Positions 51,862 to 63,529 of a stretch of 64,000 bases of DNA are shown here, in pieces. How positions within the stretch are numbered: position 1 is the stretch's first letter; each line of letters starts with the position of its first letter. This DNA comes from Bispira polyomma (lineage: Eukaryota): assembly GCA_965649765.1 (NCBI GenBank), contig OZ287756.1, positions 29,698,001 through 29,762,000 on the forward strand, read 5' to 3'. Made by a program: the position numbers and the translations under genes. The notes beneath the pieces were generated by a model that made no database searches, was not told the origin of the DNA, and saw only the letters and a program-made list of their open reading frames with translations.

Positions 51862-53347
51862 ATGTCAGATAAAAAGCAGAATAAAAAGAAAAATAAGAAA
51901 TCAAATGCAAGTAATAATGAACAGTGCGTAAGCCCTTTGGTTTTAAGGAAAATTTCACACGGGAAAATAGATAATTTTTTTGTGAAAAAAGTTAACGGTG
52001 ACCAAGAAGAAACTATGGCGGAAGGCATTGATTCAGAAAATTTGCATCAAAAAAGTAGTCCGAGCCCGAGTTTACTGAGTGAAGAAAGTGACCTTGATAT
52101 TAAAACAGTGCTAAAAACAATTATGACAAAGCTCGAAACTGTAGATCAGATAAATACTAAAATAGACAAATTAATGACAGATATGACTCACCTCAAGGCT
52201 GAAGTAAACAAGAATAAAGCTGACATAAAAGCTTTAAAAGAATCGGTCCAGTTTTCTGGGATGGAAGCCAAAAAGCTGCAGGATGAAGTAAACTCAGTTA
52301 AATTATCAGTTTCTACCTTCAACAATCAAAGGCCACTAATACAGCCGTCCAGAATCAAATTAAAAGACTAAAGAGCCAAATGGAGGACATGGAGGCTTAT
52401 TCTAGGAGAGACAATCTTATCTTTTATGGAGTGCCAGAAAGTGCAAATGAAAATGTGTATGATATAGTGATGACAATTTTGGTGAATAGATTAAGCATCT
52501 CAGACGCAAAACAAAGAATAAAGTTTGTTCGACTTCATAGATTAGGAAGACAACCTAGCGCAAGGAGCACCAACAGTCGACCAATCCTTGCCCGTTTCCA
52601 TTACTGCCCGCATGCCATGGAAGTGTTCAAGAAAAGATCGCTATTGAAAAAATAGCCAAACCAAGACGGAGCTACCATGGCACAAGAGGCTACTGGAAGA
52701 TGTGCTGGTATCGGACTCGACTTTCCAACTCAGACAAGAAACATTCGCAGTCATCTGATACAAGTGTTAAAACTGGCAAAAAGAATAAAACATTTCTTAG
52801 GAATGACAAGCTTGTGTTCAAATGAAGAATGTACTCTCTGAAGGACTGTTACCACATTAAAGAACTCAACATTCACAGCATAGGCACCATAGAAAGGCCA
52901 ACAGTCATCCTGTTCCATGGTCGTTTCAGTCCTTACAGCAATTTCTATCCTTGCCCTTTCAAGCAAAGGGATATCGACTTTGTCTGTGTTGAGCAGTTTT
53001 ATTAATATCACAAAGCAACATATCTGGGCAAAGCATCCGTAGCAATGGAGATATTGCAAGTAGAGGACCCTGTAGAAATGAAGCACCTTGGTGGTTCCTT
53101 AGACACCGCTCGATGGGAGAACGATGTCGCAATAAAAACGATGATCACAGGACTGAGATGTAAATTTCAGCAAAATCCTACATTATTGCAAATTCTGAAG
53201 GCCAGTGAGGGAAAGACAATAGTTGAGTGCAACGCATATGATGATTTCTGGGGTAATGGTAAAGCAATCAGTGACAAGTCAATCATGAACGGACTTGGTC
53301 AAAACCAATTAGGAATATGTCTTATGACAGTACGACAAGAGCTTTAG
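51862..53347 (+). pseudogene. LINE ORF1: coiled coil + L1-type RRM/CTD + C-terminal NADAR domain (a few stops/frameshifts)
   Basis: EAYSRRDNLIFYGVPE..RLHRLG..RPILARF (RRM); DFPTQTRNIR..RNDKLVF (CTD); from 52904 FHGRFSPYSNFY..VEQFY*YHKA..KFQQNPTL..VECNAYDDFWGNG..GQNQLGICLMTVR (NADAR). Confidence 0.88.
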
Positions 53348-53399
53348 ATGTACTGACTGTGAAATAAGGATATACTACAATGACATTATGTTATCCAAC

Positions 53400-53760
53400 A
53401 AGAAGTGTATACCAATATCACAAGTATATATCGAGTAGAATCTGGTGATATCTGTATTAAAAAAATGTATGTTAACATAATTTATTATAACATTCTATCA
53501 ATATCTAGACAAGTTACTTTAAACACAATACATGTTAGAAAAACTGGGGATATCTGTATTATATGTAGGTGAATACAATTTGTAATAACATTCTACCAAA
53601 TTTTGATAAGCTTGTTAAATCACAATTACATTATTTTACAATTATATTCTATCCAACCAGAAGTGTATGTCAAAAAATTTGGTGATATATGTTTTAAAAT
53701 TATGTAGGCTTATATAATTTGCAATAACATTCTTCCAATCGCTGGACAAGTTTGTTAAAT
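53400..53760 (+). repeat. Three degenerate repeats of about 100-130 bp in the LINE inter-ORF spacer
   Basis: Recurring TGGTGATATCTGTATT..ATGTAGG..TAACATTCT..CAAGTT..TTAAA units at about 53440, 53545 and 53680. Confidence 0.7.
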
Positions 53761-54686
53761 CAGCCCATCCGCATTAAAAAAAAAATGTTTAAATTATTTG
53801 TAAAACCTTTTTCCAACATTTGGGCAAGTTTGCCAAAAAATATATTGAAAAATTACAGTACATTATTATCTATATACGTAACAGGTTGAAATTTGTTTGT
53901 TTTTTTTCAAGTGAATAATAAACAATTTTGATTATTATATCAAAATTCACTGGGAATTATCTACAACTAGTTGAACCTCCTTCAGTGGAACCCAGTTTGT
54001 GGAATTTTTGCTTAAGTAGAAATTAGCTATTCACATGATCCTCTTTGGACATTTGTGACATAGCAACAAGTTCCAGGTAGAAGTTCATTCGAAAGCCAAT
54101 CTACTTTTTTTTTAAATTCGATTTGAGGTTTAACTTAACATGATTTAACCATAGTTCAATTTAAAAGTGGGTGAGAAACAATTAATTAATTTTGCCGATA
54201 CCAAATGGTTTTAAGTTTTTTTTATATACAATTTATACAAACTCTTGGCTGTTTGTGGTATGGAATAATGTTTTTGTTTTGTCAAACTTCTGGTACATGT
54301 GACGGGTCTTTTTTAAATAAGAACACTATACCACAAGGGTTAAACAGTTATTTTTGTTTTCTAGTTTATAAGTACTTTTGTATTACCAATTTGCACACTT
54401 ATTTGTTTGCAAATATGTTACTTTTGTTTTTTTTTCAATATTTGTACTGACAGAGTCAGTGGTTATAGTAATTTAATCCTAGAGTTACACTATTGTAAAT
54501 ATGATGGAGGTTTTTTTACTTTAAATGGTAAAAGTGAAAAATTTTATTTTTAACCATTTTCTTTTTAAAGACAGATATTATTACTGTAGCACAGCAATCA
54601 AAAACAATTTGATTTATTTAGCACAAAAAAAGGAAATATAACTACCATTTGGTACCCAGGATGGTATTTAATATACTAGCTGTAAA

Positions 54687-57600
54687 ATGACTCATAATAT
54701 TAAAATATGTAGCATAAATGTTAGGGGTATGCCAGAAAAGGTTAAAAGAAATGATGTATTTAACTGGCTAAAAAAGAAAAATTTCTCTATTTACTGTCTA
54801 CAAGACGTCCATGTTGGTATTAAAACGAATTCTATTTTAGAAAAGACTGGGGGTCGGAAGTTATACTCTCACCATACACCACTGAGGTGAGAGGGGTTGC
54901 TGTTTTATTTGGAAGAAACATTGACTATAAAGTACTGAATATTACCAAAGATTCAATGGGCAACCTGTTGATAATTAATTTAGAGCTGAGTGGTAGTGTA
55001 CTAACCCTTGTAGTTCTGTATGGACCAAATAAGGATCAGATTTTTATAATAATTTAAAGGAGATATTACTGCAAAAGCAAAATAATCCAATTATTATGTG
55101 TGGTGACTGGAATATGGTTAGGGACTACGAGAAAGACACATTAGGATATTTTAAAGAAAATAATATTAGTTCAAGGAAAAGGATTGATGAGCTGGCAAAT
55201 GTATTAGATTTATTTGATACATGGCGTTGCGCTCACCCCGATATAAAAAAATACATATGGGTTAGTTGTAGTAGACCAGTTAAAATGGCAAGACTAGATT
55301 TCTTTTTAGTGACCCCTGACATTCATGCCAGAGTAATAAAGTATTTTAAAAGCTTTGCGTATAGAAGTGATCATTCATTTATTGGCATTGAAATTGATAA
55401 TTGTGAAATAATTAGAGGAAGAGGTTTCTGGAAATTCAATGCCTCGCTCCTATATGACAATGTGTTTTTTAAAATGGTGAAAGACGAAATTCAAAATACT
55501 ATTTCTGAATATTCATCAATTAGTGAAAACAATGTATCATCTTTGACAATATCTAGGCAAATGCTACTTGAGATGATCAAGTTAAAAATTAAGGGAATTA
55601 CTATCCCGTACTGTTTGCAAAAAAAGAAAAAAAAAATGCAGAAAAAGAGGCTGAACTGGAGCGAAAAATAGGGGACTTAGAAGATCTTTTAATGTCTAAC
55701 CAAAACATGCTTGATATTAACCAAAAAATTCAAATTATAAGGACGAACTACAAAAATTAAGACAAAATACTGTAAGGGGTATTCTCCTTCGTGCAAGGGC
55801 AGATTTGTATGAGTATAATGAAAAACCAACAAATTATTTCTGTAACTTAGAAAAAAGAAACTATATGAAAAAAATAATTAACAGAGCTAACACAGGACAG
55901 AATCTTTTGACTGATCAAAAGTCTATCTTAAATGAGCTACATAGATTTTACAAAAATTTATATAAGTCCCAAAATCCCCCGAACTTCTCAGATTGCTTAA
56001 AAATGTTCTGCAAAAAAGGTAATATCAAAGTTTTAGAAACTAATGACAAGGCGATATGCGAGGGTCTAATAACCGAAAACGAAATAAAGGAGGTCCTAAA
56101 GGAAATGTCAAATGGTAAATCACCAGGTACGGATGGATACCCGGCAGAGTTCTACAAAGATATCGGCGAACATGTCCTTAATAGTATTAATGAAGCCTTT
56201 CTTTTGGGAGAACTTTCTCAAACACAGAAACAGGCATTATAACTCTACTCCCAAAGGGTAGTAAACCCCGGGAATTTATAAAGAATTGGCGTCCCATTTC
56301 TTTGATAAACATGGACTGTAAGCTTTTATCTGGTATTTTAGCCTTGAGATTAAAAAAGATCTTGCCAAACATTATAGGAACTGAACAAAAGGGATTTTTA
56401 AAAAAAGATACATAGGCGAAAATATTCGAACGGTCTACGATGTCATGCAGTATCTTGAACAAAATCTGAAAGTTGGACTTTTGTTATTGATCGACTTTGA
56501 GAAAGCATTCGACTCGATCGAGTGGAGATATATTGAACATATATTGAATTCATATAATTTCGGCCCTCAATTCATAAGATGGTTCAATATTCTGTATAAA
56601 AATTCATGTAGTTGTGTCTTAAATAATGGATATTTTACCGAATTTTTTAAACTAGGTAGGTCTTGTAGGCAGGAGATCCAGTGAGTCCCTATCTTTTTAT
56701 ACTTGCAGTTGAGTCTCTTGCAATGGCAATAAAAAGAAACAGTAATATAAAGGGTGTGGTAATTAACAATGATGTTATAAAAATTGGCCAATATGCTGAT
56801 GGTACCTTTTTAATACTAGATGGTTCAGAATTCTCACTCAGAGAAAGTATTATGGTGTTGAGCAAATTTAAAGAATGTTCTGGTTTAAAAATTAATTTGG
56901 ACAAAACACAGGCAGTTTGGCTAGGTAGTCAAAAGGGTAGGACTCATAGTGTTTGTACCGATATAAAACTAAACTAGGTAAAGAATTTTACATTTTTAGG
57001 AATAAAGTTTAGTGTAAATCTGGATAAAATGATTGATCTCAACTTTCGTCAAAAAATATCAGACATTAAAAAATTGCTAAACCTGTACAAACAGTTTAAA
57101 CTATCTATCATTGGAAAAGTAACAGTGATAAAAACTTTGGCTATACCAAAACTTGTATACCTTTTGACTGCTTAACCAACTCCTGGAATTGATACGTTAA
57201 ATCAAATTGAGGAAATGTTTCTTAAATTCATTTGGAAGGGCACAAGAAAAATTGCCGCACCTCAACTAGAAAAAGATATACAGGAAGGGGTTTAAAACTC
57301 ACTAATCTTAGATTGTTCGACTGTGCACTGAAATTGACTTGGGTAAAGAGGTTGATTGAAAATAATGAAAATTGGTAAACTCTATTTGAAGCTAACTTAA
57401 TCTTAAATAAAAAAAACTTTCTGGGAGTTAGACATTACATCTCTAATCAAACACAAAAACAAAATAAAGAACACTTTTTGGAAGGATGTAGTAGCAGCTT
57501 GGATCAAGTACAAACAGATAAATGGGATTGATATTGACCCCAGAAAATATCCAATTTGGGACAGCTATTTCATTGAAAACCCAAATTTGGTGAAAAGGTC

Positions 57601-58448
57601 TAAAGAGTTTATACAGAAAGGGATAATGTATTTCAATGATTTATTAAGTAACTCTGGTAATCTATATGGATACCAGGAGATAATTAAAACTTTCAATATA
57701 AAAATCAATTTTGTAGACTTTTATAGTCTCTTACATTCTATCCCAAGAGAGTGGAAACAAAACCTATATAGAAAACTTGACAAGCCAAATGTGTGTCAAA
57801 AAGTCTTGAGTCTATTTTAAAAATGAAAAAGGTGTGCAAAGGGGCTTATGTCTTGATGGCCTTAAACAAGAATTATCACAGAGTCCACGAAGAAAAATGG
57901 TCAACTATCCTTAATGAGAAAATAAATAAATCGCAATGGGGAAATTTTTACTCATTGACTTTCAGATGCACAGTCGACAGCTCCATGAGGGCCTTTCAAT
58001 ACAAAATTATCTTGAGAATCATTCCAACAAATAAATATTTAAAACTATGTAAGATAACAGAAGATGATAAATGTGATACCTGCAAAGTATCAACAGAAAC
58101 CATTGAACATCTCTTTTAGTTTTGTCCAGTGATTAACAATTTTTGGAAAAAATTATCTGACCGACTGCAAGGGTTATAGAAATTAGAGAAATGCTTAATC
58201 CCAAAACTGTATTGCTGGGACATACAAATATTAACAACAATGAGTTGCACAACCATATATTTAATATTGTAAAAAAATATATCTATATTGTAAAAAATGT
58301 AAAAAAGAAGAACTCAGAGTTGAACAACTAGTCAGACTTTTAAAATATTATTACAATATTGAAAAACTACTAGTTGAACATTACAACAAAAGCATAGACA
58401 AATTTAAACGTAAATGGGGACCTTTAGAACGATTTTTAACAGCATAAA
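54687..58448 (+). pseudogene. Tx1/L1 ORF2 (APE + RT + CCHC), frameshifted
   Basis: SINVRGM..CLQDVH, GDWN, RLDFF, SDH; GKSPGTDG, NWRPISL, IDFEKAFDSIEW, QYADGT; CDTCKVSTETIEHLF. Confidence 0.93.
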
Positions 58449-60034
58449 ATGAAAGATAGCAAACATCATTAAATAATTTTGGTCTAATGAAATAGTCAGT
58501 GGCCACATCGATGGATGTTGTGGGAGCAAAAAAAAAAAAAAAAAAATGAGTGTGAATGAAATTTGAAGTATACTCTTTCAAGTGTTAAATTTGCAAATTT
58601 ATGTAAAGTGTAATTGAATGTACATGTACTTAAAAGTGCTTACACTGTATGTTTGTAATACTCTTATCATATTCTGATGTGTTTTTGTTTTTTGAAAGAT
58701 ATGGAAACTTGTTTTACAGCTCTATAACTATAATGTCTCTCTGTCAATGCATTTAAAAAAAAAATGGGGTTTCTCCTGAAGTTACGATACCAACACTAAT
58801 GTATAAACTCCCAGTAAGTGTTCTAAAATGAATGATGATTAAAGCTTGTAGAATAGCTATATTTTTAATGTATAAAGTATCTGGGTATATTTTGCACACT
58901 GTGTTGTGTATGCCATTGTAAAGGGGTCAGTGGGAGGTTGCAACCTCTTTTCCTCCGCACTGTACTCCTCAACAAATGTTGATTTTTTCTTTTAAAAGGG
59001 GGAATAAACCATAAAATAATAAAAAAAAATGTTGAATTTATTTATATTTCTAAACATGATTGTTTTACCCATTGTGTATGTGTGAGGAAATTTGATGTGA
59101 AGGCCGACAGTGAAATGGTCAGAAATACCCTCAGCCACGAATGATTAAACCAAGATGGGGGAGTCTGATTTTGTTATTACCAGGTCTAAAATGTGACCAT
59201 GAATGTGGGTGGGTTTGGTGATGTGTTGGGTATAATAGAATCTGGTAAATAGTTCTGTGAAATCTGTAGATGTAGCAATGGAGTTTAAAACCTAGACTAA
59301 GCATGTGATCTGCAATAATGTCAGAGCACCTCTGGAAGGATGCGCTTCCAAAAGCACACCCAAAGGCCACCAAAGGATCAAGGTAGTATTTCCATCTCAC
59401 TTTATCCCAAAGTCAAGGGCGTTGACTGGGTTGACGCAGAGATTTCAAAAGGCCCTGGCCACATTCACCTTGAATGCTTAGGGATCAGTGGTATTATATA
59501 TGGCATCCGCGACATTATCAATGTTGGGAAACTTCAATGAAAACTCAGTGCCATCAAAATGGTCAAGGACATGGTCATTACCCGATATTCCCTGGAGATG
59601 GGAGAGGTTCAATAGCATCCGCCTACCAGTAATATCCTTAGGAATAGTGAGTAAAGGGGAATCATTATAATGTGAGTTAACTAGGTTGGAAACAGGGCCT
59701 AACATGGCACCTTAATTTTTTTCTTTGTAAATATATTTATTATCCGCCTCAGCATACTGTAATGCAGAATGGTGATTTTATATGTTAATCTGGTTCAATT
59801 CATAAGGTTTACCTTAAGAAAAAAGGAAACCATATTTTAAGTATTGACAAAATAGTTGGTCAGGGTGATTGCGTGTGACAAGTTCTCATGTCGGGATATT
59901 GAGGCCACAGCTAATGAGATTGAGCATAGTTAGGGAGATCTGTAGATCTTATGGTGTCATCTATGAGACACATGTCTTTAATTGAGTTGATTGGCTTCAT
60001 AAGCAAATCTGACACAAGTTTTTAGTTCATTGGC

Positions 60035-60772
60035 CCTGATAGGGATTTTGTTTCCCATCTCCCTTCTGAGAAAAGACATACTACTTTCTGAAAACGCCCT
60101 TGGTGTCTCTTTCGATTCAGCTTTTTTGTTTGACACACATGTTTCTAACATCTGTTGCTCCTGCTATTACCATATACACAACATCAAAAGAATACAAAAA
60201 CACCTGTCAATGGACACAGCGATAACGGTGGCTAACGCCCTCATTAGCAGCCGCCTTGGCTACTGCAACGTTCTTCTGTTCGGAGTAGCAAGTTACAGAT
60301 GAAAAAGCTGCAGTCCATCCAAAACTACATATGCAGGTTATTTTTTGCCTGGATTGTTGCACAAATGTCACTCCGTACCTGAAAAAATTACACTGGGTCT
60401 CAACACTCAACAGCCCTCCTACCTTGCTTCCCTTCTCTCCTTTAGTAACTGTAAGACAGGGCAACAGACTCTCTATTTCTTCGGTCAGACCCATCAGGAA
60501 GGCGGGATCTAGAGCATTCTCCATTGCAGCTCCTTTGTTGTGAAACAAGCTCCCAGTTGACTTCAGATCAGTTGATACATTTATCAGTTTTAGGAAAAAG
60601 CTTAAAACATATCCTTTTAACAGTGCCTACCCACCTTAGCTTACCTCGTACACGCTCCTACCTCTTTCCTTACGACTTTGCTATGCCCATGGATTTTACG
60701 ATTGGATCAATGATTCTGCTGTTGCCTAGCATCAATAAAGCGCTTTAAAAATTCATAATAATAATAATAATA
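60035..60772 (+). mobile_element. L2/CR1 3' fragment inserted between gag and RT of YR copy 3
   Basis: LGVSFDS..ITVANALISSRLGYCN..LKKLHW; (AAT)n tail at 60755-60772. Confidence 0.88.
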
Positions 60773-62489
60773 AAAAAGCTTGTTCTTTAAATACATTACT
60801 ATCAGTTTCACTGAACCAAGAGTTATTGCAAGTTAACTTTACTCTATTAACTTTATTTTTACTATTAACTACAAAATTCTGCTTGGCAGTGTCTGTCCGA
60901 GGCCGTTGACCACCATCCCAGCTGGTTTTGGCACAATTTGCTTTGAGACACATGAACTCAGGATGATTTTTTTTATTCAAAACCTTGAAACATTGCGCAC
61001 AATTATTTTTGTCCTGGTTATGATCTCCATCGTAGTAGCTCTGACAGTAAGCCAGGGAAGAGTGTTGGCATCTCCAAATGCATAAATCATCTGATGTAAC
61101 ATAAACTTCATAGTACTGATGTCCTGAGTGATATTGAATAATTATCAAGCAGTCTACTGGGGCATAGAGAATTTATTGAACTGTGGTCTTTTCCGGGCCA
61201 TGCCCTTCACCCATCCCTCATTGGGCCATCTAGCATGTGGCTCAGTAAGACAAATGTCTGTGGAGTTAAATCTACAAGATTTCTGTCTGGGAGGGAGGGC
61301 TTTACCTTGGGAAAAGTCCTGTTGGTAGCGTTGGTCATAGATTGCAAGACGCAGATTAACAGCAGCATTAACCACGAGCAGATTTCTCAGTACATCCACC
61401 CGGGGACTGTCTTGCATGTAGTTGTTATTGGCCCCCATCTGACGTGTAGGTTGTCCCTGACGAGGCAGAGTATTGGTAAGTCCGACAGCAACCTATGGAC
61501 GATAATCCGGACTTCGGAGGTCAACCATGGTATTGTTGTGAGGTGGCTTGTGAAGCGAACCTAGCAGGGTAGAGTTTCGGTACTTCTCAACGGGATCCAG
61601 TCTTCTGTGTTCTTAACCGTGGAAGTATAGCCATCATAGCAGTGCTGTCCGGGGTGTTATTCTCGAATGGATCATCTGGTTTACTAGCTTCCGACAGCAT
61701 GACTCTTAGATTTTGAACAACCGGATTACATTCTTTACACCTCTTTTCAGACTTAGTCCTAGCTAGAGGTGCACTACTCGACGTTTCTTGGCAGTCCGTC
61801 CCATAATAACAGTATGATGTCGTGTGAACAAGCATGATTAATATTAAAAACAAATAAACATTAAAATAACTAGACACTGAAGGTAAAAGTTCACATTATT
61901 TAAAATTTCAGTTTGTCAATGTTTACCTTTCAACACTTAGGTACAAAATGGTGCTTGTGTGAGGGCAAAATTAGAAAACCAAGAAGTATATGAATGGTGA
62001 CCATAGTTAATAAGGGATGAAGTGAAGAAGAATAGTCCCCTTTTAAAAGGAAGGGAAGAGGGTTAGAAACTGAGACAACAGACAGTAATTGCGTCTGTCT
62101 TACCTAGTACCTCATGCTATTAAACAATTTTCACCTCTGAAACGATTGGCTGGTTAAACAAAATATTGGTTAAGTTGGAACATGCTTTTCTAATTGTTTA
62201 ATGAACAAAGACTGTTAAACTGATTGCTGTACCAGTCTTTCTCAAGGTCATAACTTTACATCAAGATACAAGGCACTGATCATCATTATTATCTGTTTTT
62301 GTTATTTTCTTTAGTGTTAGACCTGTATCTAAAATTACATTAAGAGAATTTATGACCTTTTTATGTGCATATTGTCACATTACTTTTATGTTAAAATCAC
62401 TTTGATCTCATAACCTGATAAATGAGATGTGTGAAACTGAACAGTTATATTTGTATCTGATATTAATTATTTTCATTAGAAGAATTATG

Positions 62490-63195
62490 AGCCTTTTCAT
62501 TAAAGAAACCCTGAACCAGTTAATGTGCATATTGTTACATTATTTTATGTAAAAATGACTTTCATGACTTACACATATTCAACGAATTTGCTTCAGTGAA
62601 TTACACTGAAGAACTCAGACATATCAAATTTTATATTGGTAATTTCAAAAGTGTGGCGAAGTTTATTTATCTTGATATGTATTTGTATTAACATATCTAT
62701 TTTCCTTATTTCAAGCTTTTGTTGCTTCTTTGAGGAATTACCAAGCAAAGAATGTTATGGGCGAGAAATCCAAATTCACAAGGATAGAAAAACAGATGTC
62801 AATAAAATGAAAGGTAAGATGTAAAAAAATTTTTTTAAAGAGGTTGTAATTGAATTAAAACTGGTGTATTACACTATGGTAAGCTACATTCAATCAAGTA
62901 ACCAAGGTAAGTTTTTATTATTAATATAGTTTTTATATAGTGCCCTATTTACAAATCAAATTGAAAGGTGCTTATGCTCTAAAATACACAGTATTTTAAT
63001 ACATAGCCTGGGTCCTAACCAGTAGACACTATAGTGTTTACATCTTGCTCAAGATCCTGCCAGTAAAGCATGAATAAATATTTTTTGTGGTATCCACCTA
63101 TCCTAATATAATAATATTCTTTATACAATGTTGTTTTTTGTTAGGTAAGGTATGTAGTAGTGTGATGGCATGGTGTAATATAAAGCTCTCACGGG
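62490..63195. repeat. Paralog of 38160-38780 (segmental duplication carrying GT8 copies C and D)
   Basis: Colinear blocks such as AAAGGTAAGATG..AAAGAGGTTGTAATT and GGTATGTAGTAGTGTGATGGCA in both places. Confidence 0.8.
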
Positions 63196-63529
63196 GTTCA
63201 CAGCTGAAATTCAGTGTTAAGGTCCAAATTTCTGTCCGTCAACAAACCACTTATCTTTCCAAACCATTATATATATGAATGGATATGTTCATAAATTGTC
63301 AGTTTCAGAAAGAAGAGACTTAAACTAACCGGAAATCATTTAGATTGACACACGCAACACTTTATAAACATTTCAAGTTATCATGTTATTTTTAAAATGA
63401 AAAAATATGATTTATTTATAAAATAACACTTTTAAGTTAAATCAATATTTATTTGTCTGCAGAACATAGATTGAGTCACCTTGTGTTCTGGTAGCACAGC
63501 ATGTATTATAGGGCTATAAAATGTCCAAT

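Larger units (their letters stand above)
51223..59027 (+). mobile_element. Full-length Tx1/L1-clade LINE insertion (7.8 kb) with 16-bp TSD
   Basis: TSD AATGTTGAATTTATTT at 51207-51222 and 59028-59043; ORF1, about 1.3-kb spacer, ORF2, A tail. Confidence 0.93.
48975..59264 (-). mobile_element. L2/CR1 LINE (48975-51206 + 59044-59264) interrupted by the Tx1 element
   Basis: PTHIHGHILDL..ISDHF..FRNINKFNIDKFKSDI continues across the TSD; LLDLSAAFDTIDH, GVPQG, SRLDYCNSLL; (CATTA)-like tail. Confidence 0.92.
45670..62000 (-). mobile_element. DIRS/Ngaro-like YR retrotransposon copy 3, split by four insertions
   Basis: Gag 60790-61880; RT 59265-60030 (FGCAFGSASFQRCSD..CYI) continuing as IDDYLC at 48970-48705; RNase H 47197-47835 (CDNLAVV); YR 46270-47190 (HGFYTFRRSGAT). 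Outer boundaries approximate. Confidence 0.85.

Noticed and set aside
61587-61877. Apparent secreted Cys-rich protein (hydrophobic N-terminus)
   Set aside because: Lies in line with the gag fragments of YR copy 3; better explained as a degraded gag 5' region.
62716-62814. Exon-like segment on the plus strand (tttcaAG..AAG|GTAAGA)
   Set aside because: No recognisable protein, no partner exons, and the paralogous region near 38400 does not preserve it.
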